A stretch of DNA of 63,152 nt, counting the filler, from Pseudovirgaria hyperparasitica (lineage: Eukaryota): assembly GCA_010093815.1 (NCBI GenBank). It is 4 parts of 4 records of this genome, joined end to end, with 100 filler letters (N's around TTAATTAATTAA, not from the genome) between each part and the next. Parts side by side here need not be neighbours in the genome. Positions count along the whole stretch, not along the records: positions 27,794 to 54,248 come from ML996611.1; 3 more parts are not named here. One strand, given 5' to 3'. The position numbers were made by a program, and so were the translations under genes. This document shows, in pieces, positions 38,822-51,700 of the stretch. Position 1 is the stretch's first letter. Every line of letters starts with the position of its first letter. The notes under the pieces were generated by a model that made no database searches, was not told the origin of the DNA, and worked only from the letters and a program-made list of their open reading frames with translations.

Positions 38822-41160
38822 GCCCTTGACTAATAACGGCGCAGTTGTGAAGCAGTTCTTCAACGATCGGAACGCATCTCGCGCTTCCGGCGTCAACCGT
38901 ATCTCGACCGACTCAGCTTTGCGCTGCGCTCGCCCACCTATGGGGATATTACCGCCATTTTCAGTGAGTTTGTTGAGCGGCGCCGCAATGCGTGAGAAAC
39001 CTGCAATGAATTTGCGGTAATAGTTCACGAAACGTATGAACGTCCTGATTTGAGGTACAGTAGTAGGCTCTGGCCATTCCATGATGGTCTTTACGCGCTC
39101 TGGCTCCATTTTTAGGCCGCCATGAGTCACAATGAAGCCGAGAAACCCAACTTCTTGTTGGTGAAACTCGTATTTGGACAACTTTGCGTAGAGCTTATGC
39201 TGCCTTAAGCGATTCAGCACCGATTTGACGTGTTCTTCGTGCTCCTCCAGGCTATCGGAGTAAATCAGTATATCATCGAGATAAACTACACAGATCACGT
39301 CCAGTAATCCTGCAAGTGCAGTATTGATGTAGCCCTGAAACGCTCCTGGTCCATTTGTTAGCCCAAACGGCACAACAGTGTACTCGAAATGACCATATCT
39401 GGTCCGAAATGCGGTTTTCTACTCATCTCCGCGACGAATTCGAAGCCGATGATAAGCATCTCGCAAATCAAGCTTAGTAAAGTACTTCGCCTTCGTTAAT
39501 TGGTCCAAAGATTCACCAACTAGCGGTAATGGGTGCCGATTCTTCTTGGTCACCGCATTTAATGCCTGATAGTCGACGCAAAGGCGTAGGCTGCCGTCCT
39601 TCTTCTTTATGAAAAGAATAGGTGCGCCGGCTGATGACGTACTACGACGTATCCAGCCCCTTCCGAGGAACTCTTCGATGTATTTACGAAGAACTTCGAG
39701 TTCTAACCTCGAAAGTGGGTAAAGTGGACTTTAAGGGACGTCTGCTCCCTCTTCGAACTCGATCTTTAGCTCGCGCGGTCCATGATCGGGGAGAAGTGAC
39801 GCATCTCCTGCCGAAAATACATCCGCATACTGCGAATACGTGTCGGGCAGTGTATCTTTGCTCCGATTAGGGTCACCGTCGTCGTCTTCGTCGACGATCG
39901 ATAGCGATGCAAGGTAGATTGGCGACGATCGAGTCCGTACAGCGAGGTTCCATGCCTCTTTGCTGATATTTGCGATCTGCTGGTATAATTTACCGCGATG
40001 TCGACGGAACGTCAATGTCTCCTTCCAAAAATCGAGGATTGGATTTAGGCGTTTGAGCCAAGGCATTCCTAGAATCATATTCCATTGCCCAATATTAGCG
40101 AAGATGAACTGATCATTCATCTGCTGCTTTGTTGTCTTTGAGTCATGAACTTCGCAATTCGTCGTAGTTTGACCCAAAGTTCTGACTTCATGACCATCAA
40201 CTGCGATGGTTCGGCCAAGTTTGCCGAGGTCATACGCTAATCTGCACTCTTTTGCAAGGATCGACGAAATATAGTTGTCTTCTGTGCCCGTATCCACGAG
40301 GGCCTGTACAGTTTTGGTGCCTTTTGCTGTGGGTAACGATACTTTCAGCAGAATGAGGTGTTTACTCGCAGGAAGCCGTTGAGGCTCCTCCTGAGTGTAT
40401 GTAATCTGGCCAATAACGCGGTCAGGTCTCGCGAAATGGCCTATGCGCTGTGGTCCTGCTGTTTTGCGACAGGCGTGGCATTTGAGCCTGTGCCCTGTCC
40501 TTTTCCGCGTTGAGAGTTACCGCCCCGACTGGATCGGTATCCTCTTGACGCATTTTTGCCCCGATTTGCGCTCTTCTGGCGCTGATCGTTGTGAGGTTGC
40601 TCATGATCGAACGTATTCGATCGACCTCGCTTCTGACCGGTTTGGGGTTCGTCGACCTTGCCTAAGGATCCGCGTTCCCCGAGGATGCGGTAATGTTCTT
40701 TATCTTTCTCCTCTAATTCGTGTAGATGGTTGAAACTTGACAATGCTATTCCCAGTCTTTCTCTGATCGACGGGAGTAGTGCTTCGCGATACTGAAATAT
40801 GCGTATATTCTCCTGTAACATTGGGATGTTATCCCAGAGGTTCTGTAAGTATTGTAGGAGTTGAGTGGGCGTCTGATTTGGTCGTTGTCCGACGCTTTTC
40901 AACTCGGATAAGGCCTTCCTTTCGCGTTCTCCTGTGGTGCCGAGTGTATTCAGCATGAATTTGGCTAGATCGTCCCAGGTTGTCGCAAATAGTGGCTTAA
41001 CTTCCTTCTGTCTGTCCCATTGATCGCGGGATTGTGAACCTAAGTAGCGTTCTCCGAATGAAATGCGTTGTCCTTCGGTAGAAAAGAGCGTAGGGTTGTC
41101 AAGGAAGTACTTTTCGCAGTCTCTCTTCCAATCTTTCCACTCCTTTTGGTTCTTTCTAGC
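38822..41160 (-). mobile_element. Ty3/Gypsy retrotransposon internal fragment (gag, protease, RT), no LTRs, no RNase H or integrase
   Basis: Gag-like ORF; protease [55 protein letters not shown]; in-frame stops at 39731 and ~39420; ends at TTAPLL. Confidence 0.95.
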
Positions 41161-41223
41161 AACATCTAGTAAGTGGTGTTCATACAGATGGATCTTAGCT
41201 AATGCATTGAATATTATCAAGAG

Positions 41224-42486
41224 ATGTCTCTTCCGAATCTCCCTCATGAATTACTTCTTTCGATAAGCGATATGCTACATCGGCTTTGTTATATAAATAC
41301 TTTAGCTCGAACGAACCGACGACTATATTGGCAACTCAACAGCTATCTATACTCCCTCGATGTTAATGAAACTGGAGGGTCGGCATTAGTCTGGGCCGCA
41401 GAATCTGGATTAAGGAAAACTGCTTGGCTATCGCTCGCTGAAGGCGCGAATGCAGAAGCAGTCAACAAGATAACAATACCAAGTTTGCTGGAATGCCTAG
41501 GTTTCAGGTATACATCGATTTACCTGACACCACTTCAGATTGCTCTGTCCTATGGGTCTGATTCTGTTGCAAGGCTCTTGATTAATCATGGCGCCCTGTC
41601 TTCGGCAATTTTTCCCCCTGAAATGTGTAGTTGCACAAACATTCATATGGCGGCTGCTATGGGGCTCACATCCACTTTGAAAACTTTGATTAAGCAAGGT
41701 GCAGATGTTGGAGCTCGCGATCGGTGTCTTCGAACACCATTACACTACGTTGCCGCAATACAAAGCCGGAAATTGCTAGAACAAGCATGGGTGGTTATGC
41801 TGCTTTTGTCAAACAATGCAGACCCCAAAACGGAAGATGCTCAAGGGAGGAGTCCGATATCCATGGGGAAAAAACGATTCAATCCCGTCGCCAAAATGGT
41901 ATCAGAGAAAGGCGCTACAATTGAAGCGTACGAGATATCGTTGCGAGATCGAGAGACCTTCGAGGCGTGGCGCATATTGAAGGAAAACCGTGAAGAGACG
42001 ACGTGGTCCGCAGAGACGAAAGCAAGCCAACCGCTTATACAATACGGGAAAGAGCGAAAGTCTAAGAACAGAAAGAAGAGAATTGCAGCCACAGGGAACC
42101 ATACAATGCGAGATGAAATAGTGAAAGGAGAATTCCAGAAAGTCACTCAGATACCTGATAAGAACGCAGCTAAACAATTCGAATCTACCACGGTAAAAGC
42201 CAAGCAAGATTTGATAGAGGAGAAGGAGCGCTTGGGGAAGCATAGCATTTTAAGAGAGGCTTGGTCTACGATGAGGAGAGAGGCTGATCAGAAGAATCGT
42301 GCGGCCCATCAACTCAGTTCGTTGCCAAAGGCAGAATGCGATCATGTGCTGGGCCTATGGAAGTGTTGTGTGCGAAAGTCCTGTCAATTTTGTGGGGTTT
42401 CTGCAAAGAGGCTGTCTCTTTGTCCGGATTGTGGATTCGTGGCATGTGTGCGATGTAAATCATCAGAGATGCAGATGTATATGTAG
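41224..42486 (+). CDS. F-box-like + ankyrin-repeat protein with C-terminal Cys-rich (Zn-finger-like) domain
   Basis: LPNLPHELLLSI...LARTNRRLY; ANK units ALVWAAESG, TPLQIALSYG, TPLHYVA; C-terminal CxH..C..CQFC..CPDC..CVRC. Confidence 0.85.
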   Translation: MSLPNLPHELLLSISDMLHRLCYINTLARTNRRLYWQLNSYLYSLDVNETGGSALVWAAESGLRKTAWLSLAEGANAEAVNKITIPSLLECLGFRYTSIYLTPLQIALSYGSDSVARLLINHGALSSAIFPPEMCSCTNIHMAAAMGLTSTLKTLIKQGADVGARDRCLRTPLHYVAAIQSRKLLEQAWVVMLLLSNNADPKTEDAQGRSPISMGKKRFNPVAKMVSEKGATIEAYEISLRDRETFEAWRILKENREETTWSAETKASQPLIQYGKERKSKNRKKRIAATGNHTMRDEIVKGEFQKVTQIPDKNAAKQFESTTVKAKQDLIEEKERLGKHSILREAWSTMRREADQKNRAAHQLSSLPKAECDHVLGLWKCCVRKSCQFCGVSAKRLSLCPDCGFVACVRCKSSEMQMYM

Positions 42487-42857
42487 AGCAAAGTTAACGC
42501 GAGAGTTTTGGAGTAGCTACACCTGGGTGATTGAAAAAGCGAGTCCTCTAAGGATTTTTAGCCAACTTAGTTAGTACTGAAGCTCCGGTCGTAGTGTTGT
42601 ATCATATGCTCCATGTCCTATGATTGATAATGATAGGCTGCCGAGCTGGCATCGTAAGTATGTTTGATTCACACTGTAAAGGATCCAGAGAGCTTAAGAT
42701 ATTGCAAAATCTCCTCTACCTATTCCTCAGCACCTTTCAGATCATCATCGACCGACGAAAAGACAGAGAACGGATGTCGATGAGGGTGAGCCCACAGCCG
42801 TTCCGATCTACGCACGACCTGCACAAAGCCATGTTCGGCCTCCAAAGGCTGGAGGGA

Positions 42858-44551
42858 CCATAACAGATGCAATCATCCTGCTTGTCCTTGCATTGGGCGC
42901 AGTTCTGCAGGAAGATAGACTGATCAGGGGTTCTCTCAACCCTCGCAATAAAATTGCCGAGTCAATCCACTCTCCTTCGACACGAATGCGATATTCACCT
43001 GTAACCTCAATAGGTCTTCGGTCGCCTGTCGAAGACAAGGATCCAGGCAGCCCAGCACGTTTAAACAAGGAACTCATGAATCTGGACGTTATTCCTGGTC
43101 TACACTACTATGCGTATGCGTCTAATATCCTTGGGAATCTGTACGGTGGTAACGAAGTTTACCATGCCCAGGCGTTTCTACTAGCGAGCCTCTACATGAA
43201 CCAACTTGGTCGTGGCTTAGAGAGCTATAGCTGGATTAATGCTGCAGCCCGGGTTATTAGGTTCAACCTTAGAATGTATCTTACTTCCTAGCTATATGAA
43301 TCATGCAGAACGCTGACTCGCTGTAGAAATCACGTATATGTGAAGCCTGACCCTACGGACCCTTCTAAATATAATCGCCAGCAGCATCCCGATAATCTAC
43401 CTCCTGGTGAGGTAGCCAAGTTTAAAATCAAGATGAATCTCCTCAAGTTCGTATATTGGTCAGCAGTACAGCTTGAAAGGTTAGTCTAAAACGATGAGGC
43501 ACCATTAAATAGTAAAACTGAACTATAGCAGTGATATCCTTGCATATTTGCCACTACCAACAAGTCATATAACACTTTGGGAAGATCGAGTTGCCTATCC
43601 GAAAGATCAACCAGTGTCTGGCGAAACGGGACAAGTCGATAACCAGCGTGACATTATCATAGTGTTGTTTTTGGCACAGATACAGTTCCGTAAGATACTC
43701 AACCAGGTCCCTATGCATCTATCCACCTTATGGGACCATCCACCAGACAGCTTCCCAGCTGGCGTCTACGAGCCTCCATTCGGTAGAGAGGCGTCAACAG
43801 GCATACCTTCGTTTCTCAATTGGCTATATAACTGGCGAAACGTGAGTAAAGCGATGGGCGTGGATTGGGATGATTATGACGATCCTTCCCCCGATCCGAA
43901 TATTGCTAGGCTACGAGCGAAATACTATGGAGCAGAAACAATCATTACTCGACCATACCTACACTACGTATACCATTGCCCAGAAGCCGACCGAGATGTA
44001 CTTAAACGAGCATGGACTTACATCAGATCTCGAAAGGAGAGCTGGACGGCTTCAAAGCTCCGGGAAGCGGAATGGGGAAACTCACTTGAAGATCTTCTTG
44101 AGAGTGATCCAACTCAGTCTCGGGATGGCATTAGTACCAAAGCCATCAGGAGCATGCTGCTTAGTCATGCTTGTATGTGGTCCTCGATCCGGAGTACGAA
44201 AGCTTTCGACGGTATTCGAACACGTCTAAAGGTAACGAATATTTTTGGCACAATCCATGCGTGAGTATCCTTCATTATTACATAAGATATCAAACACACG
44301 ATATGAAACACCTAACATGAGACGACAGTCAATTCGGAAATTGCTTGGTTCTTGCACAGTGCTGCGAGTCTGTATGGTTTAAAGACCTTGAAGGGTTTGC
44401 CCCGATCCATGAAGTCCCCGAACTCCTTGAAGAAACAATGCACAAATGCAAAACATACTCAAACCTCGCACCAGCTCTTGTCAAAGATTATCAGATTTTA
44501 CGCCAAGCTTCAGATAGCATCAGAGGATTGAGAGCATCCAGCACGTATTAG
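42858..44551 (+). pseudogene. FTF1/FTF2-family fungal transcription factor, 5'-truncated (no Zn2Cys6 domain)
   Basis: AIILLVLALG, NLDVIPGLHYYAYA, YWSAVQLE|SDILA, ARLRAKYYGA..ITRP, VTNIFGT.HA|QFGN; three canonical introns; no upstream start exon. Confidence 0.8.
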
Positions 44552-45636
44552 ATGTACCCTCCAGAAGAGCACACCTGATCATCATAGCTAGTACATTGTT
44601 TAAGACTCATATCATGTGGCGTGAAATAGCATCAAAATGGCAGTTTTAAATCTTGTCACTCTCACCGACACGCCTGGAAGTCCGTGACCCGGTGTGGTAC
44701 CATGATGATCCCATGATCCGCTATGTTTTGCAAGGATATGTAAGCAAGTACCAGGATACTACAACTTAACCACTTTCCGTTAATCCAAGCGTGTTTGTAG
44801 CCTCATTTGGCTGAACATTGTGGATGTTGAGGTGCTGTGAGTGCTTGAGCTTTTCAGGCTCTATCATATGTTAGGCTTCTAATCCGCCTTATAGATCTTC
44901 AGGCGGGGCGGTGGTGCATAAGTTTCAGGGTTGCTGCACCTTCTGTTAGGTGAACTCGACGCCCTGTCTTGACAATTTTATGTTTTGAGATCGGGATGCA
45001 GAGACCATCTGCGGTGTAGAACCTCGCTGTAGTGTGCAACGCTAGACTAGGCGGAATGTACAAGGGTGTCATCTTTTGCGATTGTGCGGTGGGCGAAAAG
45101 AGCGTAGGGGAGAAAGAGTTACCGCGAGTATCAGCAATAGAGTATTCATCCCAGTACAAAATATATAGTATTATCACTGGAAGTTTATGGTTCGGCGATA
45201 TGCTCCAACAGGATATTGAAGCTGAGCAAAAGTGCCCACCTCGCGAGCTCGAAGTCTTGCAGGGATACATCAAATCCAGAAATCTCCGTAGAAATGCTCG
45301 AACTGCGATCCTTTGTCTCGACATATATCTGATCAGGAGCGCTTCCATAACGTAAAATCCATCTTGCTGGAAAAGCCCCGGTTGTGGGAAAATCACTACA
45401 AGCATTCATCGTATCTGTCTCCTCAGCCAGACCATTGAGCACTTTGTTTGAGCGCGTGAAGGCACGGATTCGAGGGCATCCTGGTAAAGCGTTTCGATGG
45501 ACTTCAAGAAGGACTTCGGATCCAAGCTCTCCCGCTACGCCGCACACAGACGACGCTTGGATGATAGGCCTCCATGCCTTTCCAGATTACCGGTATACGT
45601 TCTCAGTCACTTCTTTACGTCAGTGTTTCAACTGTT

Positions 45637-46209
45637 GAGGCATCAAGCTGCAGTCTTGTTTTAACAAGCCAGATTGGATTTGTAGCAGTCGCTGTTGCTA
45701 TCCCAGCGGCAACGGCAGCGTAGGCGTGAACTATGGCCGCGTCTTCTCCGCACCCTAGCATCTGCGCTCTAAGATATTTACAGTTGCCGTATACGTAGAA
45801 TTTAATTGCAGTTGCAGGGACTACGCCTGCAAGGCTTGGCCCGAGACCTCGATAGAAGCCGCGCCAGCCTTCGGTATGGGAGATGGAGCCAATGATCTGG
45901 AAGGTGCCGCGAATGTGGTCCTTCGATGGACCAAGAAAAGTAAGCCTGGACTGGACGGGAGACGCAGGAACGAGAGAAGGGCGGTGGTAATCTGATTGGA
46001 GTCGAGTTCGCAGACCATCAAGCGGGGATGTAACAAGCGCTGTGGCTAATCCTCCATTGCTTTAAGCAATCAAGGCTGTTCGTGACTTACGCGCCAGCAA
46101 GCAGATGTACCCAAGATCGTACCGGTCTCTGCTCTATCGAGCTACTATTTTTTGTCTTTGGAAGTATTGCTGAAGACTGAGAGCTGTGACGCATCGATTC
46201 CTGTGCCAT
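45637..46209 (-). pseudogene. Mitochondrial carrier (RIM2-like) 5' fragment, absent from the ORF track
   Basis: SWVHLLAGA|NGGLATALVTSPLDGLRTRLQSD...EGWRGFYRGLGPSLAGVVPATAIKFYVYGN...ATNPIWLVKTRLQLD, then truncated; intron only 31 nt. Confidence 0.85.
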
Positions 46210-46591
46210 TCTCGTGGTTCATCGACGGCTATGTGCGTGCAATGGAGTGCGAGCTACGACGAAACAAGTCGCGTTGAAACGGATGTACACGCATGCGACA
46301 AAGAAGAATGCATTGGAAGACCAATCAAACGAGCAGTGAGAGAAAAATTGAGAGCGTGTTGATGAATATGGAGCTTCTGTAATATCGCAGTGAAAATCTC
46401 GAGGAAACACGAATCTAAGCTGCGAGAAAGTCTTGGAGTTTCGGCAGAGCCGAGGAGTCCCCGGGGGCTGAGTCAAACAACCCGAGTCTTGCAACGTCTC
46501 CAAAGACTTTCAATTCGGACTGAGTGTAGTCTACAACAAGATAGTTCTTCCACTTCGAAATCAATTCGCGAAATCTGTAGGTTTTGGTCCT

Positions 46592-46681
46592 TTGGACATC
46601 TATGCTTGGACATCTAATGCTTGGACATCTAATGCTTGGACATCTAATGCTTGGACATCTAATGCTTGGACATCTAATGCT
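46592..46681 (+). repeat. Minisatellite (TTGGACATCTAATGC) x6
   Basis: One 14-bp unit plus five identical 15-bp units. Confidence 0.95.
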
Positions 46682-46869
46682 CGGCAGTATCTCGACGAAA
46701 CGGTTCCCTGTCGCGTTGCGGAATTATGCGTCACTTCAGCCAGTGACTTCGGTCGAACTTGCTCGTGAACGCGTTGCTCAGTATTGAGGACAGCCGTTAG
46801 CCACACAGTGCGCGACATGCTTGAACATTTCAAGTAATAGATAGTAGAGAGTATAGAAAATCTTCTCTA

Positions 46870-48684
46870 CCCGTCCCATGCACTTCGGAGTTGTAACCTC
46901 CGAAGTGCTCCCGACTTGAACTGTACATATGCACTTCAACGGTACTATGCCTAAAGTCCCTTATACGTACTAAAATGAGGAGGAGAAGGTCTAATCTGCC
47001 ATTCGTGACTTTCAGAACGCGAAATTTGGATCATTAGCGGCCTCGGCGCGTCATCATCGCGCCATATACCGTCGTATCTTACATCGCAATCGCGGTATAC
47101 CACCGAAAACCGCGCAAACCAAGACTTCTAATGGGCTCAATCCACAGCAGGAGCTTACCCTTAAGGAGTATATACACCGCTGCGACGAGATTGGTGTATC
47201 TGCCTTAATTAGGCAGATTCGGAGTGCTGCAGAGAGCATTCTTATACGTGATGCCAAGCCTGGTTCTGACTATATACCACGGCCAATTGGACGTGACTGG
47301 GTTACGCGCTGGCTAGCACGTAATCCTAAGTGTAAAATGGTAAAGCAGAAGGCACGAGAGTCTATACGTATTACAGCAGAGGACGTGGTAGAGATGAAGG
47401 GCTTCTTTATGAAGTTCAAGCAGTTCTATACGTCCTATGGTATACAGGACCATGACGTATATAATATGGATGAGACTGGCTTCCGAATCGGTGTTAGAGG
47501 TTCACAGAAGGTGATTACTATGAAGAAGTACCCAGTCGCCCTCGGTACTGAAACAAATCGCGACTATATGACGTCTATCGAATGCATTTCAGCAGATGGA
47601 TATGTGCTGCCCCCTTTACTTATTATGAAGGGGGTTGTAGTACAGGAGAAATGGATAAGCAGAGAGATAGGCCTACCAGGTGACTATGAAGTATCCTGCT
47701 CGGAATCTAGCTATATGAACGACCAGCTAGCCCTATCGTGGATTTAACACTTCGATAAACACACAAAGTCTCGTACACTTGTCACCTATCGACTCATCAT
47801 ATTAGATGGAGCAGTATCCGATTTAACCATCGAACTCATAGAGTATTGCGACAAGAATCAAATACTCCTCTTTGGACTACCTCTTAATAGTAGTCACGCG
47901 CTACAGCCACTTGATGTCAACTGTGTTCAGACGTATAAACAACATCATATAATGGGTGTTGAGATGGCTGTACGCGAAGGCCGCTTAGACTTTAATAAGG
48001 TTGAATTTCTCCATGGAATCCACTCATGGAGAGTCGCCACATTCAAGCCAGGTACGATTAGGAACGCCTTCAAGAAGACTAGGTTGATTCCTTTCAATCC
48101 TAATGTTGTATTAGATCAGATACGTGCTAAAATAGACGTCAAGGCACCTATATCTCATCGCCAGTTACTCCAGAAAATGGATGAACTACAGCAGGAGGGC
48201 AAGTTTACTGAAGCCAATCATAAACTATGGAGTAAACTATACAAATCAACACACGCACTCTCTATTAAGTATGAACTCTGTCGCAATGAACTACGCGATA
48301 ATCAACAAGCAGCCGTCAATCGTGCTAGACGTAACCCTCCTACAAAAGGGTGGGTATTGGCAAATATGGTCCCTTTAACGTGAGAGACTCTAGGGTTACT
48401 ATTACAAAGAAGCGTGCGAGTACTATTAAGAGAGATGCACAGAGGGCGGCTAGGGAGGCTCAAAAACAGGCCACAGAAGTGCCTACTGCTGAGGAATGTG
48501 ACTAGAACACGAGTACTCAATTCCCAGATGACTGCGAAGAAGTTGACGAGTAATAAATATATGGTATTAGCTATATAGACGTCGCTATCTTCATTTTACA
48601 GATACATGGTACCGTTGAAGTGTATACGTACAGTTCAAGTCGGGAGCACTTCGGAGGTTACAACTCCGAAGTGCGTGGGACGGG
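46870..48684 (+). mobile_element. Full-length pogo/Fot1 DNA transposon (1,815 bp), transposase inactivated
   Basis: ~77-bp TIRs (CCCGTCCC...GGGACGGG), TA TSD confirmed by the empty paralog at ~19820; YNMDETGFRIG, ECISADG, LDG, LQPLDV motifs; CAA>TAA stops relative to the 25.9-kb copy. Confidence 0.95.
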
Positions 48685-48784
48685 TACGGCCTTAGTAGCT
48701 AGAACCTACTTCTTAGAATAGGTAGCCTAGATACTAGGAGCCTCTTATTACCTAAGAACTATTAGTAGCTAACATAAGTAGTTA

Positions 48785-51700
48785 ACGTCTCTCCCTATGT
48801 CGCGAGAAACCCTGCGTGCCGAGATGCCTTCAACACTTTCAATCACAACAAATTGTTCTGGGGTCTGAGAACTTTCAATCTCTCGGGATATGGACTCCAT
48901 ATCTTGTACTGCACTTCCACTCAATCTTGAGCGTTCCGATTGTCTGTGTGGCTTGATATATAAAAATACAATAAACCGCTTGATTCAAGTGCTGCACCAT
49001 TCGATCGATTTATCACGCTTTAAGCTCTGCACTCCGTTTAAAAATATACCATGTCGTAGCTGAATAGATGGAGGCCGTATCCCGAGGTTTTTAAGCAGAC
49101 AATAGCGTCTTGTGTCGAGATACAGCAGCTTTTGGACTCAGTGTCCAGCAGCGCCAAGAACTCGTCGACAATGGCCATGTATCAAAAGCCAGAAGAGTGC
49201 TAGATGTGGCTGAAGTCTGGTTGACCAAGACGTGCTAGCTATAGCTTAAGCATCTTTTAAAACCCGAGCGCCTCACAAGGCCTGACTTGACCCTAGCGGC
49301 CCCTACCCCAAAGATCTGTACCGCCCCACTACGGAGCACCAGCGGTCGCTTGTCCTTATCTAGGGAACACAAGAAAGCGGCCATATCGACCCCGTACAAG
49401 CTTAACCTGTCTAGGGACACTCGAAGTCAGTGGTCCACAGTACACACCACCATGTGCTATTTGCACGTGAGGGGATATTTGCAGCTTTATGCGATACACA
49501 GCTCGCAATCTATGGCCTTAGCCCATCGCCTGTCTGCCAGGAGTCCTTCCCTGCGTGGCGAGAAACCCAATGTGGCAAGAAGCCCTTGACGTGTTTACAC
49601 ATAACCAAATTGATCCACAGTAAAGCTCGAGCGAAGCTTAATTCTTAGAATCGAATGAATATTCCTTATGATTAATTTTATGTCTATTTAATTCCATGTG
49701 ACTTGATTTTAGTTTCTATATGGACTTGTCAGCCTTAGCGGTCAGATTGCAGAACCACACCTTTCCGGATCCAGTACCAATGCCAACCCTGTTTCCATGC
49801 ACTAATGAACACCATCTTCGATACTCTGATGGGACCCAAAGAACATTTTTCCCACTGCAAGTGATCCATATTCCTCCTGGTTCAACACCTATATCGCAGA
49901 AATCAGGGTGTTGGGGATCTGTAATAGTAATTGGTTGGGAATTTGGTGGAGAGATGATAGCAATCTTGCCAATATCAGTATACAGATGCGAGCCGGTAGA
50001 GTCGAATGAGAGGTTCTGAATGCATGTTCCGACGGTGAGCGTCTGCACACACGCTCCGCTGCTCGCATCCCAGATCTTGACCGTGTTGTCGAATGACGCT
50101 GATGCCAGCCGCGTCGAGTCGTGCGAGAACACCACGGACTTGACATAACCGCTATGGCCCTCGAGCGTCTGCATACACGCGCTCCAGCTACTGCTTATTA
50201 CTGGCTTAACGGTGATCCAGTCGGGCTCTTCATGCTGGAACTGCCTCCGGACTTTGCTATTTAATGGACTGAACAGTAATGCAGAAACATAAGCCTGGAG
50301 TGGGCTGGTTTCAATTGCACTTTTGTGATACAGAAAGAATCGGTGTGCATCATATAGGAACTCGGTAAATGATGTTGGCTCATGCTTGTTCTGGTTCTGT
50401 TAGCGTGATATGTCTTAATGATTGTTTCCAAATTCGGTACCTGTATTAGAAGATGCAAATTAGTCATCGAGACCACACCTTTTGGTATGCTTGCACACAA
50501 GCTCAGAGCCTCCAGCCAGTATAAGAACTTGCTTCGGAAGAAGATATCAACAATGCCACCATGTTGAAGAGCCTCATGACTCATAGAAGAAAGCAGGTTC
50601 GAGTCACGCAGATGGTCAATCCAGTAAACGCAGGAGTAGCGTGCAGCTGCTAGTGGATCAGGATCTGGTTGTTGAGCCTCCCCAACTAGACACCCGAACG
50701 CTTTCAGTTTATATATATCGCGACGAAGAGTCCTAGACAGGATCTCAAGTGACCTTGTAAAGACGCCGTGGTGAGCGACTCCTGTGCCAGAAGGGAATAC
50801 CTTATTAGCGGCCTTGGCGAGGAGAAAATCCTTGGCGGACTGATGCACAAAGTAGATGGTACGGTCTCGTAGCGTGAGAAACGAGCCACAGAGGCTGACA
50901 AGCTCGCTTAACGACTCTGCATCTTCGACGAGGCCATCCAGCGGCTCCCTAAGAGCCCCGAGCTCGGCTAGTTTAAGCGGACGATACGCCAGTGAAGACA
51001 CTCCTAGAATCTGCTTGCAAACTTCAGCGTCGTCGGATTCACTGACCTGCCGCATCATTCGCTCGTATAGAGAATCAAGTCCGGCCGGAATAGATTCAAG
51101 CTTCCTCCGCACATGTCGTTTCGATGTTCCTGCGAGGTCTAGGCACACTAGCGCTACCCAGAGGAAGGTGTCGTTTGCATTTAACTCCAGGTGTGCTAGC
51201 ACAGCCTGCCGAGTTCGATCGTCATATCGTTTCTGCCCGGTGAGCTGATCTACTTTGTACCCAATGAACGCCCGCACGGCCGTTGACACTGAATCAGCGT
51301 TGAGCTCAAGACTAAGCCGAGCTTTACGCCCTGCCTGCTCCAGTCGCTCCTCTATAAGAAACCGGTTGCGGCTAGATATAATCCACTTGGCTTTGGAATG
51401 CGCAGATGAACTTTTCACAAGAAAATCCAAGAGTTTTGGGAGATTGGTCGCGCACTCATCCAGTGCATCAACAACTAGAAATGTCGGCTCCAGATCGGGA
51501 CTCTGTAGGATGTCTGTGAAGATCTCTGTCAGGGCAATCCAAGCATTTGCATCCTCGAACACGGTCTTTCCACCTTGATCATGATGCTTGCGTACGTGAG
51601 AGATAAGCGACGGCTGCTGTATCACAAGTAAGTATAGAAGCCCTCGGAGTGCGGCTACGGCGTTGTTGATGCGCGAGTCGGTTGCTTGGAAGAAGAAGTA

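Noticed and set aside
40441..41247. N-terminal ~30 aa of the gag-like ORF (MREIRKRH...)
   Set aside because: Overlaps the start and upstream of the ankyrin gene; a read-through across the truncation junction.
46592..46681. CRISPR-like array or LGHLM repeat protein
   Set aside because: No spacers, eukaryotic context; a simple minisatellite, and the overlapping ORFs are by-products.
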